NCBI GenBank assembly: GCA_964187785.1
Contig: OZ076409.1
Span: 88,164,001-88,228,000, forward strand
Length of the DNA: 64,000 bases
Direction of reading: 5' to 3'
Origin: Amphiscolops sp. MND2022
Lineage: Eukaryota
Part shown: piece by piece, positions 12,421-24,764 of the stretch
Layout of the letters: every line of letters starts with the position of its first letter
Numbering within the stretch: the stretch's first letter is position 1
Notes under the pieces: model-generated
The model's input: only the letters and a program-made list of their open reading frames with translations
Database searches by the model: none
Told to the model about the DNA's origin: nothing
Program-made: the position numbers and the translations under genes

Positions 12421-13540
12421 GTTTATGCAGGCCTAAAAATTGACCAATTGTCATTCCCGCCCAAAAAACGTCCGGTCCAAACCATCTGGACGTTCTGTAC
12501 AGGCCTTCAACCTGGTTTTGTGCATTTCACCCGCAATAATGCCTTGTCAAATCCCTCCATGAGGTCAAAGATTGTGCGTTCGACGGTGACGAACTCAGAT
12601 GTGCAGAATCAAACTTACACACCCGCCCGCTTTGCCGCCGTAGGATCTGATCCTAATTTAAATTTTGAAGTCAAACCTGGCCCAACAGTCCCCCCCTCTA
12701 CCAAGTGAATCCCACGAGGAATCCAGCTATTACAGATAATGGGAGCTTCTCTCCCAGAAAAGCCGCTGATTTACTCGTATCTAAAGGTCATTTCGGCCAC
12801 CAGATGCCCCAAGCGGCAGTCACTATACTCGGACCACTTTGTCAGAAATGACAACTCCCTCTTATATTATAAGGGGTTTATATTGATTACGTTTTTACGG
12901 GATGCAGAAGAGGCGGGATTAGTTCCTAACGTGGTGGGTGCGGTAGGGGATGTGCTGGTCGTCAACGTCCAGGCCGTGGCTGACTTTCCCGTGTTGGCGG
13001 ACGGTATCTAGAGAGGTGCCTTGACTATTGAGGCAACCAAAATCACCGATGACGAGCTCAATATCCTGGCCACCATTGCCCGTGCATTTCATGTTTACCA
13101 AATGCCAGCTGCAGGGAATAATAGGGCTACCTACATGCTCAACAACATCACCGCTCCAGGAATAACTGTTATGGTACTCGCGCCTTTCAACAACCCGCTG
13201 CGGCTATAGACGTCTGCTCCTCCCACCGCATGCTATCTCTCCTCCTTAAGATAGCAGGTATGAGAGGTGAAGAGGAGGACTTAGCAAGAAGCTTTACACG
13301 GGTGGCAACTCTAGTGAACGGGAGAACTAGATGTATGACCGTAAACAGGGCCCCAGAACTGTTGTAACTACGACGGCGGAAATTGGGGCCGTGTCAGTCC
13401 CGTTAGTTTGTGACTGTAATGCTCTCCAGTGGGTCCTCGACCCCCCAATAGTGCATAACGATGAGTTTGCGTCCGATTTCTTAGCTATCGCCTCATCTTC
13501 CACTGAGGATTTGGTGTTGTCTTCTATAGCTGTTGGCTAA
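12421..13540 (+). pseudogene. Decayed ORF, tentatively an endogenised toti-like dsRNA virus capsid fragment
   Basis: ORFs 12448, 12739 and 13021 share one frame broken by single stops; intronless, GC-richer than its surroundings; IEATKITDDELNILATIA, YMLNNITAPGITVMVL and LLLKIAGMRGEEEDLARSFTRVATL recall toti-like capsids from memory only. Confidence 0.4.
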
Positions 13541-13548
13541 ATTATTGG

Positions 13549-13734
13549 TGTTACTCTGATTGGTCTGCTTTATTGAAAGTCTGTTTTTAGCTCTTGTGAG
13601 AGAGCAAAAGTTTGTCAAACTGCTGTTTTCAATTAACAGATTTGGTTAAACAATATTGTGAATGACCTGATTGAAAGAGAGTTAGTGAAAACACTGAAAG
13701 AATGATTAGCGGCACGAACAGAAAATGAAATCAA
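13549..13734 (-). mobile_element. 3' LTR of the Bel/Pao element
   Basis: ~186-bp direct repeat of 19631-19817, roughly 90% identical by eye; begins TGTTACTCTG on +. Confidence 0.9.
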
Positions 13735-13752
13735 TATTTTCAGAAAAGTTGC

Positions 13753-14841
13753 ATGATGAGTAAAATTTTTGCAGGTGTGGAGGGAGGCGAAGGTGAAGAG
13801 GTGCCTCCGGTAGAATTGATCAAAAATGAAGGGAGGTTTGAAGAATTGTTCGGGATCGCTGAACAACGGGGTGGCTTGCCTTGGAGGAAGAGAGGAATCC
13901 TTTATCTTCTGGTATTCACTGCGATCACCAACTGGAAGGAGAGCTTTCCAACGTGGCCCTTCGTTGATCGGGGTCCTGTAGCAAGTAAGCTCTGTAATTT
14001 AACTGGAGAGGCGAAGTCTGCGTGGAATAGGGGTGCAACCCTATTTGCAACTTTCCTCGACAAAACAAAAGCAGTTGTTCATCGTTCGAGTGTGGGCAAT
14101 GATAATCCTGGTTTCAATCAAAGGGTGCTTGACGTACTTCTTTGAGTTGGCTGACAGGTTTGTTCATTGCCTTCCTCCTCCGAACAACGTTGTGCTTCGT
14201 TCCAAGGCTCTTTTGGCTGCAAAGGGACCTTGGTTCACAGCTGCACATAACGAATGGGGTGGAGGTGAAAGCATCGCTAAATTAGAGTCAGGTCGGAAAA
14301 TTTGGATAATAGCCATCAACACTGGCCAACACTGCAAATTTCGCATGGGCATCGAAAGCTTCGAAATGTTGTATAGATTTGACAGAGCCAAAACAACTGT
14401 ACAGGAAAGAAAAAAAGGCTGATACGTGGGTTGCGCTACCATCTTGCACAGCCTGGAGATGTTGTAATTCAGCCTCCCCTCTGTGCACACAATATGCTCA
14501 CTGGGCGTTCTTTCGACTCTGATGGAACTGTCCAGTGGGCACTTAATCATGGATGGGAAGGGATAAATGTTGCTGATTCGAAAAGAACTAATCGTTTGCT
14601 TGGACAATTCTGTAGTGGTGCTGGTAAAGGTTTTGTCAGACAGTGGCTTGACCGTTATGGTTTGGACATGCTGGTGAAACTTCTCGAGGCCAGGGAGTGG
14701 AGGCTTGCCTTGCGAGAGTGGGGTAAGGCTCGGCTCTCTGATCTCGAGGGGTCAACAATTGAATCGTTCTTTTACTGGCGTGACGTACTAGAACATTGCA
14801 TTCTTTTCAGGCAGTTGGTTATAACTTGGATGGAAACCTGA
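13753..14841 (+). pseudogene. JmjC (cupin, Fe/2-oxoglutarate dioxygenase) ORF, antisense inside the Bel/Pao element; two frameshifts
   Basis: WFTAAHNEWGGGESIAKLESGRKIWII ... YHLAQPGDVVIQPPLCAHNMLT: H14246, E14252, K14297 and H14488 fit the JmjC T-x-x-H-x-E...K...Q-x-PGD...H pattern. Confidence 0.75.
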
Positions 14842-15182
14842 GACATCGTAGTCCCAAATCGCATCAAAAGTCTCGTGAAAAGAACATGCTATTAGCAAAC
14901 TTTGGGCACACCGTCAAAAAGGCAATAACTGCTCCCGATTTGACTCTTTTGACTGAAGAAGAACTTGTAGATTTTCCTTTGTCGGTGTTCCAAATGGTTT
15001 TCGAAGTCTCCACGCTGAGTGCGACCTTCGCACGTTGAAAATTTCTAATCGAAACAACTCTGATTCGAATAATCCAATGAGGGAATAATTGAGTATAGCA
15101 AGTAACTGATTCTGTTGTAGCGTAATCCACGTATCCAGGGCTTGCTTGCATCATGAACTTTTCCACTGATTGGACGAGATAA

Positions 15183-18100
15183 TCAATTTGAAGATTGTGC
15201 TCCTTCTGATAGATCACCACCAGCTGCTGGAGCGTGCAAGGGGTCCACTGGAAGCTTCCTTAGCTTTCGTATTGGTCGTACTATTTGTCCAGAATCTGTT
15301 TTTACTCTTGCGACCCGATTGATGTTGTCATTTCCAGAGTACAGCTCTGTTATTCTGGCCATTTTCCATTGAAGGGGACGCTGGTTGTCTTCGGCGACCA
15401 AAACAAGATCACCAACTTGAAACTCTGGTCCATTGAAAAGCCATTTTTTCGTACTTGGAGTGTTACCAGATAGTCACGATGCCATGACTACCAAAAGGAC
15501 GACTTCAGTCTTTCAAGTAGGCGTTATTTCATGTTCAAATGCAGATTGGAGTTATTGTCGTTGCCATAAGATTGCGGCATCTCGTTCATGGGCTTTCCGA
15601 GTAGGAAGTGTGGTGGTGTGAGAGGTCGGAAGTTGTTAGGGTCATTTGACATCGTGGTGATGGGTCTGGAATTGAGGATCGATTCGATTTCAGTTATGAA
15701 AGTATTGAGCTCTTTCAACGATAGTATCTGCAAACCAACTGAACGTCTCAAGTGTCGCTTCATGGACTTTATTGCAGCTTCCAAGAGTCCGCCGAAATGG
15801 GGAGCACGAGGGGAATTGTCACCCAGTCGATGCCTCTTTGAGTAGCGAAACGATTGATTGAATTTTCGTTTGAATCCTTGCTGAAGAGATTTGATCTTCA
15901 TCAAGTCATTCCTGGCTCCAATGAAGTTCGTTCCGTTATCACTAAACTTTTCTTGAAGTCCTCGCCTTGCAATGAATCTTTTCAATGCCATGATGCAGGA
16001 TTTCTTCGATAAGTCTGTTACTGATTTAATGTGATTTGCCTTCGTGGCAAAACAGACAAAGACTATGATGTAGCTTTTAGAGTTTTCTTTTTTATAATTG
16101 GTCCTGCGAAATCAATTCCAAAGTTTCTGAATGGACTCCCGGCGTGTATGCGTTCAGAGGGTAGATCGGCCATGATCTGGACTGGAGCCTCACTGCCAAA
16201 ACGACTGCATTTCACACAGTTCTTGATAACTTTATAGGAAACATTTTTTCCTCTTGGGATCCAATATTAGGCTCTATTACTGTTGAGCGTCAGCTGCCCC
16301 CCGCCATGAAGGGTAACTTCATGAAAGTGTCGAAAGACAAGAGTGGCTAGGTGAGAGTCTGGATGTATGAGATGTGGAAACTTTTGTTGTTCATCAATTG
16401 AACTTTGAGACAATCGCCCACCAACTCGTAATGTTTCTATGTCCTTATCGAAGAAAGGAGAAAGGTTGAGTATTTTGCTATTGCGAGGTAATTCCTTGCT
16501 AGATTTCAGTTTCCTTCACAGGAGGGACGATGCAGCGAGGCAAGGTTAGATTTGCCAAATGCTTCAAATCAGCTATCATTTCGGTGCATTCGTTTCGAAT
16601 TTCTGTGGGTAACGTGTCATCCCATCCGAGTCCTTGAACCCACAATTTCTGCAACATTGCATTGAAATTGATGACGATTGGTCCTAGCCAACCCACTGGA
16701 TCAAAGAGTTTGGCAGTTTCGGACAGCAGTTTTCGTTTGGTGACATTATCATCAAGAGAAATATTGCTATGGAAATTGAATAAATCCAGATTCGGTTTCC
16801 AGAAGAGACCCAGCGTCTTTTGTAATTTTCATCCATGAATTTTTCGTCCTTGCCACTTTCACGAAGACTTTCTGGGAATGATGCTGTGATTTCGTGATGA
16901 CTCGAGGTCCATTTTCTCAATTCGAAACCATACTTCTTGAGTTCATCACAAAGTTTCGCCACTTTCACATGAGCTTCTTCTATTGAATCTGCGCCAGAAA
17001 GGTAGTCATCAACGTAAAAATCGTTCTTGATGGAATTCGCCAATGCTCTGTCTTCGCAGCGATTAGCAACCTCCACAATTGCTCGTGTAGAGTGGAAGGC
17101 AGACGATGCAATTCCATGTCACGCGAGTCATCCGGTATTGCTTGATTACATCGTTCAATGAATCGCGCCAAAAAATCCGACGAAAATCCTTTGCGGATGC
17201 ATCAAGATCTATTTGCCTGTACACTTTGGCAATGTCTCCGGAGAGTGCAACTCTGTGCACACTAAATCTGACAAGAATGGAGAACAGATCTTGTTGAATA
17301 GTGGGACGCACCATTAAAGATCCATTCAGTGAGTTGCCATTCCTTGATTTAGCTGATCCATCAAAAACAACTCTCAAATTTGTTGTAGTCGAGTCCTCTT
17401 TGTGGACACAATGATGAGGCAAGAAATTGAGTTCAGCTTCTGGTTTCACAAAGTCTTCTTCCGGAACAACTTCAAGATGATTTAAATTGACAAATTCGCG
17501 AATGAAGTCTGAGTAATCCTTTCGTAATGAAGGATTCGCTTCACGACGTTTCTCCAGATTAGGAAATCTTCGTTTCGCTTGAATGAATGTATTGCCTAAT
17601 GGTTGTGCATTAAGTTTGAATGGCATTGCAACGATGAACCTGTTGTTTTCCAGAATTGTGGTGTTCCTGAAATGCTTTTGGCAAGCAATTTTTTCGTCCG
17701 TGTGCTGACTAGCGGTTGGAACATCTTCAAGTTCCCGAAACTTCTTGAGATCAAAAGTGTAATTGATGCAAAGTGATATGTTAGCAATGCTGCAGGCTTT
17801 GTTTTGCTGTTTTCCTGAGACTATCCAACCAAACACAGTGTTGCGAAAATGCAATCCATTGTCTTCAGTGAACTTGCCATCGAGAATGATTTCTTCAGCT
17901 ACATCCGATCCCAAAATCAGCTCGATTGGACTAGAAACGTTGCAATTAGGGTCTGCTAATTCAACCGCTATCATGTGAAACAATTTGGACGTATCAAAAG
18001 AACGGTTTGGTAGAAGCGCATTAAGATTTGGTAGAATGAAAGCGTTGACTGTAATAACCCTGGGTCCATACTTTGGCTTGAGGCGTAAAGTCACACTTCC

Positions 18101-19629
18101 CGAGTTGTATGTTTGGGAAATATTTCCAATACCATTCACCGTTAAGAATTGCTTTTGACGTTTCAACTGCATCCTTTGCACAACTGTCTCGCTAATGAGA
18201 CTCAATTGAGAACCGCTGTCAATCATGGTTCGACACAAGACGATTGAAGAGGCTTCGTCTTCAATGGGAATTAGGGCAGTAGGTATCACACCAGATGCAG
18301 AAAAAGTAGGCGTTTGACCTGCAATCAATGATCCTGTTACTTCGCCCTTTTGCGATGAATCGGCGTGAAGAAGGGTATTATGATCGTTTTTGCATGTTTT
18401 GCAAGTGTGTTTCTACTTGCAATCTTTTGTCACGTGTCCGGGGCAAAGACAGTTGAAACACAATTTGGATGAATAGACAAGACTTCTTCTGTCTTTAATG
18501 TCCATTTTGGCAAACTTCTTACAAGCGTAAATCTTCTGTGCTTCAGAACAACAAGGGCAATTTTCAGCTGTCGTTTTGTAGTTTTGAGAGGCGTGTGCTC
18601 TATTTTTTTGCATTTTAAAAGTTTTTCCACTTTGATTGGATGCATATTTTATCCTTTGCCCCTTTCCTCCCGAATTTGATGCTTCCAACGCTTGAACACG
18701 CTTGTTTATGAATTCTCGCAACTGGTCAAGTGTTTGCAACTCTTTACCTGGGTAATCAATTTCCCATTGCCGTCGAGATTCTTGATCCAGTCTCTCCGAT
18801 AAAATTCTAATCCAAATGAAATCACTTGTTTTTGTTTGGACTCCAAGCGCTTCAATGGCCATCAGATTTTCTTCGAAATTTACAAAAAGTTTCCGAAGTT
18901 CAGAAGCTGACTCACCAAGCAGTGGTTTCATTTGAAGAATTGTGTCCAGATGAGAATTAACAATTAGCCTCTGATTTGTAACAATCCGTCAATGATTTGA
19001 GTGCAATGTGATAGTTGGAGTTTGATAAAAGTAAGTGGGAGACTAGCTGCAGTGATTCACCACTCAGAGATGCTCTAAGATAATTGAACTTTAGAACGTC
19101 AGCTATGGTGCTATTGGCATGTACGAAGGCTACAAATTGTTCATGAAAGGGGTCCAGTCTTTGTACTGACCACTGAATTTCGGCAGTTCAAATTTGGGCA
19201 CTTCCAATTTCCCATCGTGAGATTACTTGTAGCTGCTGTGGTCAAAACAGGATCTGCGATTTCACATCGCTCGACACAACTGCTAACTTTTTCAAGCTGC
19301 GCACCAATTTTTGTTTCAAATTCTTCAGCATCTTCCAATTCTTTCTCCATATCAGCGTCTGTATCGGGGGTAAGATTCAAAACTGCAGCATTCAGGAAAC
19401 CTGCGTCTTCCAAGCGTTTTTCCACCTGTTTTCTGACAGCTCGCAAATAGCTGAGATCAACAGTGGTGATCTCTTCTGTTTCCTTGTCAAGAATTGGTCT
19501 GATTTTCACTTCAACTTTGGTGGTCACACCAATGATTGCAGATCGGGATCTTTTCAACTGTTCAAGCGTCTTCCCCTTATAGGCTGACGACATGCTGCTT
19601 CGCTGATTTTTCCCGGGTCGCAGCACCAA
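15183..19629 (-). mobile_element. Bel/Pao gag-pol, decayed (gag with CCHC knuckles, DSG protease, RT, partly deleted RNase H, integrase, DUF5641-type tail)
   Basis: CPCCSEAQKIYAC and CFNCLCPGHVTKDC; MIDSGSQ; LPHHCVHKEDSTTTNLRVVFDGS; FYVDD; FGIDFAGP; SDNGTNF; APHFGGLLE; PLQWKMARITEL. Confidence 0.95.
19612..19628 (-). promoter_or_regulatory. Primer-binding site of the Bel/Pao element
   Basis: TGGTGCTGCGACCCGGG two nt after the LTR end; tRNA identity uncertain (His- or Phe-like). Confidence 0.7.
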
Positions 19630-19630
19630 A

Positions 19631-19817
19631 TGTTACTCTGATTGATTTGTTTCATTGAAAGTTTGTTTTGAGCTTTTGTGGGAGAGCAAAAGATTGTCAA
19701 ACTGCAGTTTTCAATTAACAGATTTGGTTAAACAATATTGTGAATGAACTGACCGAAAGAGTTAGTGAAAACACTGAAAGAATGATTAGCGGGATGAACA
19801 GAAAATGAAATCAAACA
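19631..19817 (-). mobile_element. 5' LTR of the Bel/Pao element
   Basis: TGT...ACA termini, adjacent PBS, second copy at 13549. Confidence 0.92.
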
Positions 19818-20489
19818 AATAGTGACGTGTATATGTTTTTAGCATGAATTGCTTGTCATGCTTGAGTCATCCTTGATTTGATTAATGAACGAAATTTTCA
19901 GTCTTCAACAATTGGAGCTTGCACGGGCACTATTTTTGTCTTGTAACATCAGGGAACAGTTGAATGGCGCCATGGGCGGGCCGGGCCGGGCCAGAATGCA
20001 CCGATGGCCACTGCATACATACGAGTACGGAGTTCTGCTTTTGAACTCACTGAACGTACAACTCTTTGTACATACTGCAGTGATATCTGAGAGGGGATTG
20101 TAGAAACCAAGACAGTCACAGATTGTCAAAAATGCAAGGAATTGTGATATTTTCCCTTGTGAAATGAAATTGAGAGAACAAAGGGTAATGCTTGAAACCT
20201 TTCAGACCTCTTTAGATCTGAGGCTTATTACAAACATTTTCGTCATTCACCCAGATTGGGAAAAACGATGAAAAGCCGAAATAGCGCCGAATGAAAATGA
20301 AATTTGTTTGAATGCTATTATAAAAACGAGAAAATTTCTTGCCACCGCAACAAAACCATTCGAAGCCCGTAAAAGATTCTGAGCCACATTTATTTAAAAG
20401 TTACCTTCCACAGAGTTCAACAGGCCAAAATTTGATGGCACAGAATCACACTTCGATACATTCAAAATAACTAAAGAAAACCCACAAAC

Positions 20490-20831
20490 CTTTGGAGCTT
20501 TTTCTACCATAGCGACGAAAGCATCTTTGACAGAAAGACATAAATCGAGCATTTCATTCGACGGGCCGCCTCTTTTATCACCTTCGTCCATTTTCTGCAT
20601 TATATTCGACGAAACACTACTGAAATGGCATTGCGACGCTTTCAAAAAGAATCGAAAGAGAGTCTCGAGAACGACATCTCTGGTGATGGGAACTGTTTGA
20701 AGTAATTCTAGTGCTATTCTCGCCACTTCAGGATCTCCATAATCGCAGTTAGGTGATGTCAAAACAGCAATGTTTTCCAGAGAGGAGCAACTATACTGTA
20801 TTCCTCCTTTCAAGGTATCTTTCTTCGTCAT
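20490..20831 (-). CDS. INTS5: INTS5 exon 1 (start Met at 20831 or ~20860 uncertain)
   Basis: VARIALELLQTVPITRDVVLETLFRFF matches the INTS5 N-domain; AAG|GTTTGT donor joins PK to VW, giving PKVW versus human PKAW; summed CDS is 2892 nt, a multiple of 3 with no internal stop. Confidence 0.88.
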
Positions 20832-21009
20832 CTCTGAAGCAAATATTTCGCGTGCACGCATAAACACCGGCACTTTTACTGTTAAAGAGAGGAAATTGTT
20901 ATCCGATAATAAGATTCTGTTGACATCCTGTTCAGCTGCTACTGTCAGCAGGCATGATGTCAAACTGATGACAAATGGCACATTTTATAAAAATATTACC
21001 GACTATTAG

Positions 21010-23105
21010 TTTTTTTTTCTTTTTTCATATCTATCAGATATCATGGATCTTCGTCATCAATCAAGTGCCATGTGTATCATCATGTTGGGGGGAGAAGACA
21101 CACACCCGTGGTCTGCAACGAAAGTAGGGAACCCCATACCAGCCACATTACCAGTAAAAAACAACCAACAAACTACTCAAACCAGCCACTATGCAGTCGA
21201 CTGGTGAATTTTTTTAAATAGCTGCTTTGATATATAGGTCAAAAAAATTAGACTATTTGTAATAAATTTCTTCGAACGCATCTCTGTCGCTCACAGTTCC
21301 TAGAACACAGGCCGCATTGCCGATCTGAAGAGCCATTGAAATCCGTTGCTTCAAAAAGCTGCCAGCTCGTTGATCGTCGTGCGAACGACAGAACATTTTA
21401 CAGAGACGCGTGATGAAAATTTCACTGCTCTCGCCTAAAGAACCCTGTACTTCCAAGGCCACTGGCTGAAAAATGTATCAATTGTCTATTAATTCGCGAT
21501 ACTTCTAAAATTTTACGCGCTTCAGCCTCGGTGGCAGTGGATCCCGGGTTGCATAAAGAGCCTTGATTCAGGCGAGAGGGTGCAAGAGCATCCACAACCG
21601 TGACATCCCACACCAGCTGTTTACCCATTTCCCAAGGAATCATGGTAACACCGTCTGGGCGTTTGCCATCAGTTCGGTACAGTCCACGCGCTTCGAGCAT
21701 TGAAGGCAAGTCGAGAGATCCCAACGTCTGCTTTATGAGGGAATTGAAAGTAGCATTACGTGAGAAGCGACGGGTGGGCGGAAGTAGGTCGAAGGAACGG
21801 GATCGAAAATCAGAGTTAGTCCTCAGGTCGACATACCAAATTTTTTGAATGGGATCGAAACAACTCAGATCGAAATTTTTATAACGTAGTCAGATATGTT
21901 CACATACCCCTAGTGCCCTGAATGCAGGAGCGAAGCGAAGCGGAGCGACGTGCCATATGGCCATGCCTCAATGTTGCTACTTGGCGAAGGGAGCGAAGCG
22001 ACCGAGGCATGCAACAAATACGATAAAATTCGACCGCATTCTATTCGATCCCTGCAATTCGATCAAAAGGTTCGACCTCTGTCCTTTCGACCAGAAAAAT
22101 TCGACCTATTTACAGCCACCCAGAAGCGACCAGTACTCTTGGTGCAAGAAAGACTGTGTAAACTGTCCCGTTCAACTCTTTTACCACAGTGGCACGTATG
22201 CGCAACGCAGATGTTGGCACCGAGACGCAAACCAATTGAGATTCGAAGTTGCTGATCATCAAGTTTCAGGCTTAGGTTCTTGCAAGGAACGACGTTCAGC
22301 CATTGTGACCCGAATTTGCCTTGATGAGCGTTGAAAACTTTCGAACAATTGTCATCCATTCTAGAAATCAAATCTTGGGCGGTTTCGACGTAGACAGGTT
22401 GTGTCCAATTTTTCTGAGTTCCATTGAGAGGACTTTCTTGTTCCTTCGTCAAACTGAACCACTTCTCAAGCGCTTTTGTAAACGAAACATCTTCGAATGT
22501 TTCCAAGAAAATCATCGTGAGAAAGTCACTCGCACCAAAAGCTGAGGCCAAAAAGGCGGGAAGTGCTGATAATGATGCGGATGAAACCCCAACACCACCA
22601 ATTTCAGCAGGCAGAGCCAGCTGAGTACTCGAAATATTGTCGAAGTTCATGTTACACAAGTTGGAAAGTCCGTCGCGCACGGTTTTGTCATGTTTCTCCA
22701 AGAGAGCTGGATGATTAAAACATGTACTGGTTCTCAGGAAGTACAACAACTTTGGCAAACTGAAGCAATTTTTCAACATAAAAAAACCATAGTGCGCATC
22801 TAGTTTTCCAACAATCCCGTTAACTTTTTCCAGTTCATAAATTTTCTTTTCCAACAGGTCTGCTTGTGATTTCGAACCGAGCGGTGAACCAAGAATGATA
22901 AGTTCATCTTTCTTTGGTGTTTTGATCCCGGGGCAAAATTTTTGGAAAGATGCCAAAATTGTCGATCGTCGTTATTCAGTGATGTCACCAGGGAAAAAAA
23001 CTTCACATTTCGTGGGTTTAATTTTGAGTCCCAGCGTTCTTTCAGCTTCAACGACTTTTTTGAGATCTTTCAAAACGGTTCGGTAATCATCACTTACAGT
23101 GATTC
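21010..23105 (-). mobile_element. CRE-clade non-LTR retrotransposon (RT end, CCHC, restriction-like endonuclease), 5'-truncated copy 1
   Basis: LGSPLG, FSLPKLLY, LPAEIGGVG, CHCG..H.L.C, KRPDGVTMIPW..G.QLVWD, FLKQRISMALQIGNA; A-rich tail at 21010-21026. Confidence 0.85.
21772..22121. mobile_element. 350-bp MITE with 9-bp TSD (Mutator-like), copy 1
   Basis: TIR GGGTGG..GTAGGTCGAA / TTCGACCTATTTACAGCCACCC; TSD AGAAGCGAC on both sides; empty site present at 30394-30402. Confidence 0.92.
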
Positions 23106-23264
23106 ATTTTTGTATATTCTGCATCTGAACGGTCCAATTTCAGCCCAAGACCTCAAAGGTACCCATACTTTTGCATTTCTACGACAATTTAAAAGATATA
23201 TGAGGAAAAGGTCCCTTGAGTTTTTAGCTACTGTGCACCTTTTCTGAATTTTTGGTGCTTTGGA

Positions 23265-23740
23265 TTTTTCCACAATCAGATATCATGGATCTTTGTCATG
23301 TTGGGGGCAGAAGACACACACCCGTGGTCTGCAACGAAAATAGGGAAGCCAATACCAGCCACTATCGCAGTAGTCCATTAACAAAAAAAACAACCAACAA
23401 ACTACTCATACCAGCCACTATCCCAGTCGACAGGTAGAAACCTTTTTAAAACAGCTGCAATGATATACAGGTTTTTTTCAGAAATGAAACCATATGTATT
23501 AAATTTCTTCGAACGCAACTGTCGCTCAGAGTTCCTAGACCACAAGTTGCATTGCCGATCTGAAGAGCCAGTTATTGAAATCCGTTGCTTCAAAAAGCTG
23601 CCAGCTCGTTGATCGTCGTGCGAACGACAGAGCATTCTAGAAACGCGTGATGAAAATCTCACTGCTCTCGCCTGAAGAACCCGGTAATTCCGAGGCCACC
23701 GGTTGAAAATGTATCCATTGTCTATTAATTCGCGATACTT
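23265..23740 (-). mobile_element. CRE-clade copy 2, 3' end; continues at 28040-28147, 29583-29700 and 30281-30640 after nested insertions
   Basis: Near-identical to 21030-21510; the downstream pieces are collinear with copy 1. Confidence 0.85.
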
Positions 23741-24191
23741 TTGTAACGTCCGGCTAGCGGCGCACATCTAGGAAGAGGGCAATGCCTAGGGTGCTTAAAC
23801 AGGAGAACGTTGTCTTACTACAGCCCTAGACATTAGTTTTTCTCCCAAAATAGTCTTCCAGGGAGCTTTTCTGACGTCTAAAGAGGCTCCTCTAGTTAGA
23901 GCTCCGAGGCGACGCGCCGGCATTCTCAAAATCCGGACACTCCCAACAAGCCTGTAAAATCAATCCTAAAGCTTCCTGCGACCTTCTACATATCTCCGAG
24001 GTCCAAAAAAAGCGTTCAGCAAGAGTACATTATATTTGCAGAAATAGATCTAAAATCAGCAAAATTGGGATCTGCTAGATCCAATTTCATTACAAATCTG
24101 CCGAAAACAATAATAACAATGAAATTAAGTACTAAGAGTTCCTCGGGCATCTTCAAGAAGGTCTAGAGTTCTTGCACAGATCCACTGACAG

Positions 24192-24540
24192 GGGTGGGCG
24201 GAAATAGGTCGAAAGAACGGGATCGAAAATCAGAGTTAGTCCTCAGGTCGACATACCAAATTTTTGAATGGGATCGAAACAACTCGGATCGAAATTTTCA
24301 TAACGTGGTCAGATATGTTCACATACCCCTTGTGCCCTGAATGCAGGAGCGAAGCGAAGCGGAGCGACGTGCCATATGGCCATGACTTAATGTTGCTACT
24401 TGGCGAAGGGAGCGAAGCGACCGAGGCATGCAACAAATACGATAAAATTCGACCGCATTCTATTCGATCCCTGCAATTCGATCAAAAGGTTCGACCTCTG
24501 TCCTTTCGACCAGAAAAATTCGACCTATTTACAACCACCC
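24192..24540. mobile_element. 349-bp MITE with 9-bp TSD, copy 2
   Basis: Same TIRs as copy 1; TSD CACTGACAG at 24183-24191 and 24541-24549. Confidence 0.92.
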
Positions 24541-24764
24541 CACTGACAGGTTGCACATAATCCTGGAGGGTCTCTTCCGACTTTTTCCTGGATGATATGG
24601 CACCACACTGGGTTTCACTCTTTTCAGCCTCTTCCGGGTGTCTTCGGGTGTCTGGGACTACGGGGTCGTCTGTTTGTACGTTTTTTTGATTCTTCTACGA
24701 TTTTTGTACATGCCGGGTCGGCCATCTTGAATGTGCTTATTTGATATCGAAATTTCGTATCATG

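Noticed and set aside
14864-15220. Minus-strand 118-aa ORF after integrase as an env gene
   Set aside because: No signal peptide, transmembrane segment or recognisable motif; too short
13544-19822. TSD of the Bel/Pao element
   Set aside because: Flanks attgg and aatag match at 3 of 5 positions only, so a clean single insertion is not claimed
21950-22334. ORFs 21950, 21957 and 24264 as genes
   Set aside because: They arise from the 350-bp MITE and the antisense strand of CRE
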